A DNA stretch of 64,000 nucleotides from Eledone cirrhosa (GCA_964016885.1 OZ024749.1:31186001-31250000); one strand, 5' to 3'. Shown: positions 43,660 through 58,733, counted from the stretch's first letter. Notes: a model not told the origin generated them from the sequence alone. Numbers and translations: made by a program.

Positions 43660-43890
43660 TAGTTTCTGATTTAGGCGCAGGCCCAACAATTTTGTGAGAG
43701 GGGAAGGGAAAGTCGATTAAATCTACCCCCAGTGATTTACTGGTTGCTTATTATTTCGACCCCACCCCACCCTTTAAGAGTGAAAGGCAAAACTAACCTC
43801 GCTGTGATTTGAAATTAAAATATAAAGAGATAGAACGTTATGCTGCAAAGCGTGTTTTCCAACGCTCTACTGATTCTGCCAATCATCGGC
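43660..43890 (-). mobile_element. Diverged SINE family A (long variant)
   Basis: GTTTCTGATTTAGGCGCAGG...GAAAGGCAAAACTAACCTCG...TGCCAATC. Confidence 0.75.
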
Positions 43891-44176
43891 CTCTTTCTTG
43901 AAGCGGAACGTTCTCCTTCCGAGTTTATAAATTGCCGAAACATCCATGTTCTTATATATTTTACTATTTCCAGTCAATAGCCTGTGGTCATGCTGGGGCA
44001 CGGTCATGTAAATGGCTGGTAGATCCCTCAGTATAATTTAAATGTCCCTGTATAACGGACGACAATCTGTTCCGCTAGACTGCCTTTTATTTTGTAAACA
44101 TTCTGAATTACTGCACACTAAAATGTGGGCACGTCTCCAGCACATTAGTGTAAATGCGCGAGCAGACCACATGTCG

Positions 44177-44214
<38 letters not shown>

Positions 44215-44290
44215 CTTCTTCTTCTTCTTCTTCTTCTTCTTCTTCTTCTTGAGACTACGGCTCCCCTACGACCGCCTCAAGTGTTACGGG

Positions 44291-44917
44291 ACCATACCGT
44301 ACTATACCATACCAGAGCCTACCATAGCATACCATACCATACCAATCACAACATGCTATACAATACCCTACCATAACATACCATACCGTACCAATCACAA
44401 CATACTGTACCATACCAATCACAACATACTATACCATACTATAGCATACCATACTATACCATACTATACCATGCCATACTATACCATACTATACCATACT
44501 ATACCATACTATAGCATACCATACTATACCATACTATACCATGCCATACTATACCATACTATACCATACTATAACATACTATACCATACTATACTATCCC
44601 ATACTATACCATACCATACCAATCACAACATGCTATACCATGCTATATACTATACCATAGTATACCATATTATACCATACTATACCATACCATACTATAC
44701 CATAATATACCATACTATACCATAATATACCATACTATACCATACCATCCTATACCATACTATACCATACCATACCAATCACAAAATGCTATACCATACC
44801 ATACCATACTATACCATACTATACCATACTATACCATACCATACTATACCATACCATACTCTACCATACTATACCATACTATACCATACTATACCATACC
44901 ATACCAATCACAGCATG
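44291..44917. repeat. Pentanucleotide satellite (ATACC/ATACT)n with interspersed AATCACAAC units
   Basis: Direct inspection; explains the Y/H/T/I/P-rich ORF. Confidence 0.95.
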
Positions 44918-45149
44918 CTAAGTGTCAAGAACATTTATTTGTTTGAAAATTATGATCATTTATTCTTCATATATAAGTTTGTCGGAAACTATTTACAAGA
45001 ATATCTTCAAACTAAATATTGAACAAAATAGTATCTCTAAATTCTATTATAATTCACAGTTAAACAAGAGATAAATATTATTTTACTATCAGTAAAATAA
45101 ATTAGAAAATTAGATAATTGTAATTATAAACAGATATTAGTATTTGTCT

Positions 45150-45347
45150 TTGCTGCTGTTGTTATAGTTGTTGTTGTTATAGTTGTTATTGTTGTTGTTG
45201 TTGTTGTTACTTTAGATGTTGTTGTTGGTGGTGTTGCTGTTTGGATGTTTGCGGTTGCTTTTGTTGTCGTTGTTGTTTACTTGTTGTTGTTGTTGCTCCT
45301 CCTGCTGATAGTGCTGTTGCTGCTGCTATTGTCACCGTTGCTGCTGC

Positions 45348-45381
<34 letters not shown>

Positions 45382-45808
45382 AGTTGCAGCTCGTCTTGCT
45401 GCCGCAGGTGTATCTGCTGCTATTGTCACCGTTACTGCTGTGGCTGATATTGTTGTTGTTGCTGTTGCTGCTGCTGATGTTGCTGCTGTTGCTGCTGCTA
45501 TTGTCACCGTTACTACTGTGGCTGATATTGTTGCTGTTGCTGCTGCTGCTGTTGATGCTGTTGCTGCTGCTACTTTCCCCGTTGCTGCTACTATTGCTGC
45601 TACTGTTACTGCTACTGTTGCTGCTGTTGTTGCTGTTGTTGCTGCTGCTATTGTCCCCGTTGATGCTACTATTGCTGCTACTGTTACTGCTACTGTTGCT
45701 GCTGTTGTTGCTGCTGTTGCTGGTGCTATTGTCCCCGTTGCTGCTGTTGTTGCTGCTACTGTTGCTGCTGTTGTTGCTGCTGTTGTTGCTGCTGTTGTTG
45801 TTGCTGTG
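45150..45808. repeat. Cryptic (GCT/GTT/ACT)n trinucleotide repeat with higher-order about 78-bp duplications
   Basis: Open in several frames on both strands (poly-Leu, Val/Ala, Ala/Thr). Confidence 0.9.
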
Positions 45809-46023
45809 TCACTGTTTGTCACATGATTAAGAAAGACCTTTAACTCTGACTTTCTCCTAATCAATTAAAGTTATATATTTGTTTTATTTCATTAATTTCA
45901 GATTATATTTGCTCATGTGTCAAGGTATGCTGATTGTCTAAATGTATGTATGTGTGTATGTGGGTGTGTGCGTGTGTGTGTGTGTGCCTGTGTGTCTGTG
46001 TCTGTCGTATATAAATGCATATA

Positions 46024-46125
<102 letters not shown>

Positions 46126-46132
46126 TATATAA

Positions 46133-46256
<124 letters not shown>

Positions 46257-46286
46257 ATAAATATATATATATATATGTATGAATAT

Positions 46287-46347
<61 letters not shown>

Positions 46348-46779
46348 CAAGTGGAAGCTTTGTAAAATCGAAGCTCTGGCTGTGGCCAAGCTAGCGACTT
46401 ACAATTAGGAATGAACAGCAAAGCACTCAATAAGGTAGGCCTTAGAGTAATAACATACGTTTAGACAGCTTGACAAATAGAAAATTGCGGCTGGTAAATC
46501 TAGCCACACAATACCAAAACAACGAAAAAACTAATCAGGTTAGACAACTGACCTGGACAAAACGAACGATATTGTGCAATACATCCGATAGGTTTCTATG
46601 AATACGATATCGTCCATCCAACTTACGTAATATGTGAGCTTGTGGTTTTCCATGATCGAAAAGAGGAGTCACGTCATCAACAGGAGTTTCGTTTTATGCC
46701 TCAAGCCGGTGTGGAATGCAACGCCGAACTGGTACCCTTGGCAGCCCTCAGTGTTTCACTATCACCTGTTATTTCCAAC

Positions 46780-46846
<67 letters not shown>

Positions 46847-47120
46847 GGAAGCAGAAAATTGCTTATTGTGATCCAATTCGTGGTTAAGAAAGCCAATATA
46901 TATATTTATTTATTAAAATAACAGATTAAAGTTTAAGCAAAGAATCGGTGCTTTACCCTTAACGGGATCTTCTGAGTTTCTGAGTTTATTTTAATAAATA
47001 TTTGCTCTATGGTTCTTATATATAGGATATATATTTATCCTTATCGAGCTCTCTTTGGATTTTAGTCTTCAAATTTATTATTATTACTATATATATATAT
47101 TATATACATATATCTATATA

Positions 47121-47547
47121 CCACGTCACTCCCGTGTGCTACTGGTAACATGTAACCCAGTACAGTCTGTCTCGTTGCTTGGTGAGCAGGGTGATATTTG
47201 GACACCCTGCTAGATGAAATGCAAGACCCTGCAAAGGGCGTAGGGCTGAAAGCCCCCCCCCCTCTGTTGTTGTCACCACACCTCTCTAGGAGTGAGAATC
47301 TCTGAAAAAAAAACCTGCGGCTTCGGAAATATCCGATGATGTTCACCAGTTCCCCTTTTCTGGAAGTTTTTGCAATGCTCAGAGTTTGGGATTGGTCGAG
47401 TGCAAGGCCTTTCTCCACTGAAATATCTTTCCAAACACAAGCATTGCTTCTTCTGGATCTGTTACACTTGGTTCCATAATCTATAATCCGTTTTCTATAA
47501 TTAAACAAACAATTAAAATACTTTTAGCCAAGTTTGCAGCCATCATG

Positions 47548-47548
<1 letters not shown>
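47121..47548. mobile_element. Unclassified about 430-bp dispersed element in (TA)n
   Basis: Shares both ends (GCTACTGGTAACATGTAACCCA ... GTTTGCAGCCATCATGTAT) with 61906-62349. Confidence 0.7.
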
Positions 47549-47611
<63 letters not shown>

Positions 47612-47834
47612 CACATACACACACATATATATATACTGTATATATATATTTTATAGAAATGACTTCTTCATGACTAGATCTCTTTCATTGATAAAAATTC
47701 ATCATCTTGATGATTTCTATAATAAAATGAACATATCTATACCATACAAACATATTGAGTACCTTTATTAACTGTGGTCACCTCTCAATATACATCGGAA
47801 ATCATATTGTACACACACACACAAATATATACAA

Positions 47835-47896
<62 letters not shown>

Positions 47897-48365
47897 AAAC
47901 GGAAAAAATGAAACGAAATTTCATTTCCCACTCTTAGTACGGCTGTTACTTAAATATAAGTATGTACACGTACATACATATATGTATACAGACGTACAGT
48001 AATATGTATATATATATACATACATGCACACATATATATATATGTACGTATGGTTTCAGCGAACATTTATTATAATGCTCGGTGTGTTTGTAAACAAACT
48101 CCCCGTATTAAGCCGTAGTGTCTAGCAACCATCGTTGCTCGTTTTTTCAACACTGACAAAGGTACGCTGTACTAGTTTCAAGCTTATTAGCTATCGTCAG
48201 CAACGTATTCCTTCCTGACAGATTGTTGAACGTATATACTTACCTTATGCATATTAACGACTGAGTAGCCCAATTTGCATAACGAGTGGGTTAATCGGCC
48301 GGGTGCACCGAAAACGATAAACGGAAAAAAATATATATATATATATATAAATAATTTATTATTAT

Positions 48366-48400
<35 letters not shown>

Positions 48401-48712
48401 ATTCAAGAAAGAAGAGTGACATGGTTTGCTATACAATAAGGGATTTATTCACATTGCTGACAATTGTTTCTGTGATCTGGTAGGTCTACACACGCACAGA
48501 TTTATATTTATATATATATATATATATTTATATGTTTGTTTACCCTCGCGTCCCCTTTATTTACGTGTCCCAACGATTTTTTTTAGCCGTTGCTCGCACC
48601 AACCGGAGGTATATGGTCTTTAAAGCGATGAAATGCCTATGATGGTTGGAAGATCACTGATGAAGGACAAACTTTTTTCATATGTAACCCATTTGCAACT
48701 CCGTAGCGCCCT

Positions 48713-48774
<62 letters not shown>

Positions 48775-49486
48775 ATAATAATACATTTGAAGACTAAAAT
48801 CCAAAGAGGGCTCGATAAGGATAAATATATATTAAATATATAAGAACCGTAGAGCAAATATTTATTAAAATAACAGATTAAAGTTTAAGTAAAGAGTGGC
48901 TGCTTTCAACCTTAACGGGATCTTAAGATCCCGTTAAGGTTGAAAACAGCCACTCTTTACTTAAACTTTAATCTGTTATTTTAATAAATATTTATATATA
49001 TATATTTATATGTGTGTGTGTGTTTGTGTGTCTGTGTGTCTGTGTGTGTTCATTTCTATATAAAATCATGAATATATGCTTCGTCTGCTAACAAAACATG
49101 ATCCTTTTACAAAGCACAGAGCCACAGACTCACACACACACGCATATACACAGGCACAAACACACAGCGACGTTCACACACACCTGCAGTCATTCACGAG
49201 TACACAGCATTTCTCTCATACATATTTAAGTATTTGTGACGTCAGTTAAAAGGGAAATCAATGTGTTATTACCGCTCAATTATATTGTTGGGTTCTGTAT
49301 CGAATATAAATAAAACCTGAATTCTATTGAAAACAATAGATATACATTGATTAAATATATCATGTATCTATCATATTTTATTAATGAACTGACGGCTGTA
49401 ACGGATGAGTCTCCGTCAATATCGATGATGCATGTTCCAGTTGTCAGATCAATGGAACAGCCTAGTCATCAAATTATGGTTAAAGA

Positions 49487-49849
49487 CTGCGGTCGCCAAC
49501 AAGTGGTCTGCGGACTAATTTTGGGGGTTCGCAGAAAGATTTGGACATTATTTGCAAATTTTGTGTTTTATTAATAATGGTTTCTTAATTAGGCACAAGG
49601 CCAGCAATTTTGGGGAACGAGAAAGTCGATTTAATCGACCCAAGTGCGTGACTTGTACTTTATCTTATCGACCCCCTAAGGATGAAAGGCAAAGTTAACC
49701 TCGGCGGGATTTGATCTCTGATTATAAAGGACCGTAATTCTATGCTGCAAAACATGGCATCCGACCTTCTACCGATACTGCCAACCCATCTCGGGATTTT
49801 AAATTATGAATTTAATGGTCCTTGAAGTCGGAAATGTTGGTGACCACTG
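49487..49849. mobile_element. hAT (Charlie-like) MITE interrupted by a family A SINE (about 49575-49787, minus), itself inserted in a family B SINE
   Basis: TIRs CTGCGGTCGCCAAC / GTTGGTGACCACTG; 8-bp TSD GTTAAAGA / GTTTAAGA. Confidence 0.75.
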
Positions 49850-50149
49850 GTTTAAGAGGCTGTGCATTATACAAACACGTGTAACATTAACGGAATCCTC
49901 AAGGAGATTCAGTGTAACACAATATTTGAGTGTGTGACTATGCTAGCTTCTTTGAATTACAAGTACTGTCCCTTTAATAGGCTTTCAAATATCTTCTTCC
50001 TTCTTCCCAATTTCCCTTTTCAACATGAGCCGACTCAACTCTATATTTGCCCCATGTGATGCTATATGGGCAAGAGAGAAAGAAAGAAAGAAATGAAGAA
50101 AGAAAGGAAGAGGGAAAGAAAGAAATTATGAAAATAAGAGAGACATGAA

Positions 50150-50180
<31 letters not shown>

Positions 50181-50889
50181 GGGAGAAAGAAAGAGATAAG
50201 GAGTGTAAGAAATGAGAGAGAGAATGAGCGAGAGAAAGAGATAAAGACAGAAAGAATGAAAAAAGAAAGAGAAAGAAAAAAAGGAAGAAATGAAAGAAGA
50301 GAGGAATGAAGTTGCTCTCATATGCGACACATGATCTGAATGCTTCCAGCATGGTGTACGCCACTTCTGAAGGCACGCTAATGTCAGGTGATTTTTAACA
50401 AAGCAACGGATTAAAGTATCACACCCAAACAGGAATATTCACTCTAAAGGGTTTCTTAATCGCACACACAACCACACAATGTATTCGCTCGGTCTAGATC
50501 ATAAAATCTCCAATATCGATATACTAGAGTAATAAAATATTTTAGTTCACGTATTTATTGATATATCTAATTATTAATTCAACGTATTTATGATGTGAAC
50601 TTATGATTGGTTCGTTTATCGACTGTTATATATAAGGAAGTGACCGCCTAGCCATATCCGGGACAGACATCTTCATTAACGTATAGGGTACTTAAGGCGC
50701 TGTGATAGCACGTAGCTTAGTGGTAATGGTGTTCAGCTCACTACTTTAAGGTTGTGTGTTCGATTTCCAGCGTCGTATTATGGTATGTCCTTATGGATAA
50801 ACAAATACACTGCAACAGTGTAATAACAATATAATCGAAACAAATGGCAATAACCACACGTAACGGAACAACAATATTTTAAGAACCAA

Positions 50890-51001
50890 AGAGTTCAAAT
50901 CCCGCCGAGGTTGACTTTGCCTTTCATCCTTACGGGGTCGATAAAATAAAGTACCAGTAATGAACTGGGTAATTTCTGGCCTTGTGCCTAAAGTAGAAAC
51001 A
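50890..51001 (+). mobile_element. 5'-truncated SINE family A with 17-bp TSD
   Basis: AATATTTTAAGAACCAA on both sides. Confidence 0.85.
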
Positions 51002-51245
51002 AATATTTTAAGAACCAACAATCCAATACGGTCATTCGAACTGTGCACTTGAACCCCAACTTTGACTATTAACACACGAACTTTGGAACTAGTACCAACT
51101 AGCCCACTTACTCAGGCCGCTACTATTTATATGTCGTTGTCCAACTCATTCTCGCCAGGGGAGGCGGGGGCGCCGTACTCTCGCACAGCATGTGTCTCGG
51201 AGCAAGTTACATGGACACAATCCCACGCACACACACACATATAAA

Positions 51246-51286
<41 letters not shown>

Positions 51287-52203
51287 ATATATGTATATAT
51301 ATATATATATGTATAAATGTGTATATATGTATGTATATATATACACATATATATATATACACATATATATATATATATATATATAAAGCCGTTACTGTAC
51401 TGAGATGATGAAGTGATGTGAGTGTGATTAACATTTCTATATCAGTGGAGTGTTGTGAGTGTGATTAACCTTTCTTATATTACCAGAGGGTTAGGGTTAG
51501 GGTATATTTAACATTTCTATAATTGTGGATAATACCACATTTTCAATATTCTAATGGAGTTGTACTACACACTCTACTAAGATTCTGGAAATTGGTAGGA
51601 TTAACCAGAATTCAATATCCATACGGTACATCCAAAAGTTTCAAACTACAGAATCGAAAAATTAAAATAAAAATTAAAATAAAACTAAATATAAAATTGT
51701 GTGACTAAAACAAAAGATGTTTAACATTAGTTTCTAAATCTTGCCATAAATTCAAATTACATCCTTTTTTATTTTATTTTATTTTATTTTATTTTTCGTG
51801 TTTATGATGAAAATAAAATAAAAGAGAATAAAATTTTAAAGTGAAGTTAATATTGTAAATCTTAAAAGAATACGAAGTATTAACGCTGTCGATGTCTTTT
51901 CTTTCAAAACGGTAAACATGTTTGGTAGTTTTTTGAAAAGTGATTGAATTATAAACATGTAAGACTTGTCAAATTGTGTCACGTACTTTGCAGCTAGCTT
52001 AAGAAAACTCTATTTTTAAATTAACTCTTATATATTTATTTAATTACTTTCACTAAAGTTTCCAACGGAATGTGTTTCTACTCATTTTTATTTTTCCTAT
52101 ATTTTTCGTTTTATTTATTTTTTTTTTTTTTTTTTTTTTTTTTTGCAGTGGAGAAAATATGTGTACGTACACACGGGCGGACACAAATATACGCACATAG
52201 ATA

Positions 52204-52256
<53 letters not shown>

Positions 52257-52301
52257 TACACACACACACACGTATGTATATATAATAGATATATATATAT
52301 A

Positions 52302-52356
<55 letters not shown>

Positions 52357-52436
52357 TATTTATATATTTACAAATACATATATTTATGTATATATATTTA
52401 TATATACATATGTATTATATATATACACATATATTT

Positions 52437-52499
<63 letters not shown>

Positions 52500-53132
52500 T
52501 ACATATATATGCAAGAATATCTATACGCACACACACACACACACGAATATATATATTCCGAGAAAGGATATATTTACATATATATATATATTTATATGTG
52601 TGTACATACATATATATGCAAGAATATCTATACGCACACACACACACGCATATATATATTCCGAGAAAGGGAAAGAAAAGGAGAAAGATAGAGTGAGATT
52701 CACAAAAAATCCAACAACATATATACAGTGTTGCTTCAATTCAATTTTCGTTATATCTTAGTTTTCCATCGCTTATTATCGTGTAAGCTATTTACACGGA
52801 AAAATCCACTTCTATGGATTAGAAAGGTATAGAGACACTACGACACAGTAAGTGTGGGATGTTGTAATGTCTTGGTAAAATAACTAGTGAATATGTGTGG
52901 ATTAATCAATAGAGTGATTGTATCATAAAAGTAAATTCTTGATTTCCATTCCTGGCTTTATGTTGTGTTTATGATGCACCAGTTCTTATGAGTTTTAAAC
53001 AAATGCGTTGAATCTGTAATTCAAAAGACCAGCATTGTATAACACTATGTCATGCTAGATCTCCCTGAGAATTACAGTATATTTACAGATATTAGTGGAA
53101 TGGTATAAGACTTGCATTTTAATATCACAATA

Positions 53133-53219
<87 letters not shown>

Positions 53220-53608
53220 TATATACTGTATATATATATATATATATATATATAACAAAGGAATTGTGGTAAGGAACCAGATGGACCATAATCCACCAGA
53301 GTACTCAATACTTAGGGTAGTAGAGTGGGAAATAGGAAAAAGTATGACCGATCCCGACGGCAGAGCTCAAGCCGTTTCGGCGGCTATTTCTGGACTGTCC
53401 AGAAATACCCGTCGAAACGGCTTGAGCTCTGCCGTTGGGGTCAGATACCAGGTGGACCATAACGCACCAGAGTACTCAATACTTAGGGTATTAGTGTGGG
53501 TAATAGGAAAAGAATCAGGACCCTGGTGGCTGAGCTCCGGCTCTTTTGACATCTAGATCCTAGCTGTCGAAACGGCTGGAGCTCAGCCGTTGTGGTCCTG
53601 ACACGTTT

Positions 53609-53672
<64 letters not shown>

Positions 53673-53674
53673 AT

Positions 53675-53731
<57 letters not shown>

Positions 53732-53987
53732 TGTCATAGTGTGTGTGTGGTTGTGTATTTGTCAGTGCTTAAGTTTACTGTTTATTCATGTTCGGCAGAT
53801 TATACGTTCGACAATGAGAGATCAATAAAATATAATCAAATCTGGAAATAAGTACTGGCGTCCGTATAACGGAATAAAATGCATTGATGCTGCTACCCCA
53901 GCGTGGCCGTATTCTAATAGCTGACACAGTAAAAGAAATCAAGATACGATTAAAACACACGTATAATAATAATAATGGTAAAACTAA

Positions 53988-54385
53988 TAACTGTTTCTAC
54001 TTTAGGCACAAGGCCACCAATGACCCAGTACATTCCTGGTACTTTATTTTATCGACCCCGTAAGGATGAAAGGCAAAGTCAACCTCGGCGGGATTTGAAC
54101 TCAGAATGTAAAGGGACGTAACTGTGCTAGAAAGCATAACAAACATTAAAAGTATTATGAACATTGATACAGGAATAACAATTGATTCAACTAATAACAG
54201 TTTCTACTTTAGGGACAAGGCCAGCAATTAACCAGTACATTACTGGTACTTTATTTTATCGACCCCGTAAGGATGAAAGGCAAAGTCAACCTCGGCGGGA
54301 TTTGAACTCAGATCGTAGAGGGTCGTAACTATGCTGGAAAGCATGGCGTCCGACCCTCTACCGATACTGCCAATCCACCGCCCTC
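53988..54385 (-). mobile_element. Two family A SINEs (53988-54135 truncated; 54199-54385 full length with TSD)
   Basis: GATTCAACTAATAAC at 54184 and 54386. Confidence 0.85.
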
Positions 54386-54751
54386 GATTCAACTAATAAC
54401 GAAAACTAATAACGATTCAAATAATAACGAAAACTAAACATACAAACGAAATACTGTTATTTGATTACATTACATTATTTTCTTGTTAAATAATTCTCTC
54501 TCATATATAACGAGTATAATCCGGTAGCTCTTTTTCTGTACACGAGTTTTCTGCTTCAGATTATTAATCTATGTTTAGTATTTTTGGTTCTACAAATTAT
54601 TTCGGATTATGTAACATTAAAATCAAACTGAACCAAATGAAGTTATATATATGTATGTGTGTGTGTATGTGTGTGTGTATGCGTGTGTCTGTGTGTGTGT
54701 ATAATTATATATATATTTATATTTATACATACATATATATATATATGTATG

Positions 54752-54801
<50 letters not shown>

Positions 54802-54897
54802 CAAACATATATATATATATATATATATACATAGATAGATAGATTGATAAATAGATAGATAGACATATATATACCCATATCTATATCTATCTATCTA

Positions 54898-54963
<66 letters not shown>

Positions 54964-55103
54964 GATAGATAGATAGATTGATAAATAGATAGAGAGAAAG
55001 ATAGTATGAATGATACAATGCGATATGAATGAATATATAAAATACTACAGTTTGCTTTCTCTCAGGAGGTTTTCTCTCTATCTAACTCACTCGCTCTCTC
55101 TTG

Positions 55104-55135
<32 letters not shown>

Positions 55136-55137
55136 CA

Positions 55138-55280
<143 letters not shown>

Positions 55281-55402
55281 GATATATATATATATATATA
55301 TATATGTATAAATAAATATATATATATACTTATATACACATATATATATTTATATATATATTTCTGTATATATATCTGTGTGTGTGTCTGTTTGTATCTG
55401 TT

Positions 55403-55454
<52 letters not shown>

Positions 55455-55970
55455 TTAATATTCGACAAATAGATTTTAATATTTTCAATTCCTAACTTGA
55501 ATTGCATTGAACTCATTAACTATAGAAAACCCATTATATATATATATATATAAATGTAAGTACGTATGTATGTATACGTACATACATATATTTATACAGA
55601 CGTACAGTAGTATGTGTATGACAGGTGATCACACATTCCTCTCAACTCAGTCAACTATGTATCAAGATATCATGTACTTATATATGTATCTATATCTGTC
55701 AAGTGGTTTAACTTAATTGTAAATACGCCTGCAGCTAAGCAAAGCCATCTCCAAACTTAAATAAGCGCAATTCCTAAAGATATATTCGAGTCCTATCGAA
55801 TATATCCATGCCTGAATATATCCATGCCTGAAAAGGAATAGCAAATGATACATGTTCTTAAGGAACACATCCCCAATTCTCTGAGTCAAAAGAAAAAGCC
55901 AATATCCTCTTACAATTACAAATATGCGTTTCGCGAACAGCTGTCATACGCATCTATTATTTCAATCTAC

Positions 55971-57406
55971 GGTGGATTGGCAGTATCGGTAGAGGGTCGG
56001 ACGCCATGCTTTCCAGCATAGTTACGTCCCTTTACGATCTGAGTTCAAATCCCGCCGAGGTTGACTTTGCCTTTCATCTTTACGGGGTTGATAAAATAAA
56101 GTACCAGTAATGTACTGGATAATTGCTGGCTTTGTGCCTAAAATAGAAACAATTATTTCAATCTACGTTCAAATCCCGCCGAGGTTGACTTTGCCTTTCA
56201 TCCTTACGGGTTCGATAAAATAAAGTACCAGTAATGTACTGGATAATTGCTGGCTTTGTGCCTAAAATAGAAACAATTATTTCAATCTACGTTCAAATCG
56301 CGCCGAGGTTGACTTTGCCTTTCATCCTTACGGGTACGATAAAATAAAGTACCAGTAATGTACTGGATAATTGCTGGCTTTGTGCCTAAAATAGAAACAA
56401 TTATTTCAATCTACGTTCAAATCCCGCCGAGGTTGACTTTGCCTTTCATCCTTACGGGTTCGATAAAATAAAGTACCAGTAATGTACTGGATAATTGCTG
56501 GCTTTGTGCCTAAAATAGAAACAATTATTTCAATCTACGTTCAAATCCCGCCGAGGTTGACTTTGCCTTTCATCCTTACGGGTTCGATAAAATAAAGTAC
56601 CAGTAATGTACTGGATAATTGCTGGCTTTGTGCCTAAAATAGAAACAATTATTTCAATCTACGTTCAAATCCCGCCGAGGTTGACTTTGCCTTTCATCCT
56701 TACGGGTTCGATAAAATAAAGTACCAGTAATGTACTGGATAATTGCTGGCTTTGTGCCTAAAATAGAAACAATTATTTCAATCTACGTTCAAATCCCGCC
56801 GAGGTTGACTTTGCCTTTCATCCTTACGGGTTCGATAAAATAAAGTACCAGTAATGTACTGGATAATTGCTGGCTTTGTGCCTAAAATAGAAACAATTAT
56901 TTCAATCTACGTTCAAATCCCGCCGAGGTTGACTTTGCCTTTCATCCTTACGGGTTCGATAAAATAAAGTACCAGTAATGTACTGGATAATTGCTGGCTT
57001 TGTGCCTAAAATAGAAACAATTATTTCAATCTACGTTCAAATCCCGCCGAGGTTGACTTTGCCTTTCATCCTTACGGGTACGATAAAATAAAGTACCAGT
57101 AATGTACTGGTTAATTGCTGGCCTTGTGCCTAAAGTAGAAACAATTATTTCAATCTACGTTCAAATCCCGCCGAGGTTGACTTTGCCTTTCATCCTTACG
57201 GGTACGATAAAATAAAGTACCAGTAATGTACTGGGTAATTGCTGGCCTTGTGCCTAAAGTAGAAACAATTATTTCAATCTACGTTCAAATCCCGCCGAGG
57301 TTGACTTTGCCTTTCATCCTTACGGGTACGATAAAATAAAGTACCAGTAATGTACTGGGTAATTGCTGGCCTTGTGCCTAAAGTAGAAACAATTATTTCA
57401 ATCTAC
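55971..57406 (+). repeat. SINE-derived tandem array: one SINE head plus 11 x 124-bp units
   Basis: GTTCAAATC starts at 56043, 56167, 56291 ... 57283 (exact 124-bp period); further SINE A copies at 57430-57780. Confidence 0.95.
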
Positions 57407-58213
57407 GTTCTGAGTTAAAATCCCGCTCACGGCGATGGATTGGCAGTATCGGTAGAGCGTCGGACACGATGCTTTTCGGCTTAGAGTTACGGCCCTTTAC
57501 GGTCTAAGTTCAAATCTCGCCGATATTACCTTTGACTTTCATCCCTACGGGGTCGATAAAATAAAGTAGCAGTAATGTACTAGGGTCGAATTAATCGACT
57601 TTCCTCTCCCCCCAAAGATACTGGCCTTGTGCCTGTACTAGATATCATTATTTCAATCGACGTTCTAAGTTCAAATCTCTCCGTGGTTAGCTTTGCCTTT
57701 CATCCTTACGGGGTCGATAATAATAAAGTAAAAGTAATGCCTTTATCCCAATGGCCTAAAGTAGAAACAATCATTTCAATCTTCATTTCAATGTTTAATT
57801 TTCAATGCACCCTCTCAAGCAACTCCTATAATTTTGATAGAAAATGCGTTGGTAGGAAACCTTTATTGCAAGTGAAGAACTCTTTCAAATACTATTAACA
57901 AAGATTCTCATTCATTATCCCTCGCAGCACCTCTTATACAATTCTAGAGAATAATGACAATCTAGTGACATCAAGATTTCCATTTAGAAAATGTTCATAG
58001 AAATGAGAACATTCAATTCACGTTTTATTGAGGAATACCAAGTTATAAAGTACTTCTCAACAATATTTAACATAGAAATAGAACTAATCTCATCGTATAA
58101 ATATAGTGTCATATGTTTGTACCTGCGTTAAGGGAAATATGTGAGTTTTCAAGATTGTTCACTGGATCTCACTACACTACCGGATTTTTCATGCATTTTT
58201 TAATACCTATCAG

Positions 58214-58278
<65 letters not shown>

Positions 58279-58280
58279 CA

Positions 58281-58318
<38 letters not shown>

Positions 58319-58357
58319 TGAAAATACGCACACACATATATATATATATTCACATAT

Positions 58358-58410
<53 letters not shown>

Positions 58411-58520
58411 TATTTATTAAAATAACAGATTAGTTGCTCTACGGTTCTTATATATTTGATATATATTTATCCTTATCGAGCCCTCTTTGGATTTTAGTCT
58501 TCAAATTTATTATTATTACT

Positions 58521-58561
<41 letters not shown>

Positions 58562-58733
58562 TATATATATAAGCATCCCACACCTATTATATATATATAT
58601 ATATAATAGGTGTGGGATGCTTACAACGTCCGTATTCGGGAGGCCGTTTGAGCACTCGATGCTCTTACAGAGCAGAGTATAATATCACATAAGAAAAGGA
58701 GAATCAGTGGTGCGACGAATTAAAATTTATTAA

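Noticed and set aside
44042-44725. 227-aa ORF with a hydrophobic stretch and Y/H/T/I/P repeats
   Set aside because: Made of (GTT)n(CTT)n and a pentanucleotide satellite
51487-51503. GGGTTAGGGTTAGGGT telomere-like repeat
   Set aside because: Under three units; too short to call an interstitial telomere
56043-57406. Regular repeat array as a possible CRISPR
   Set aside because: Contiguous 124-bp near-identical units without unique spacers, SINE-derived, eukaryotic context, no cas genes
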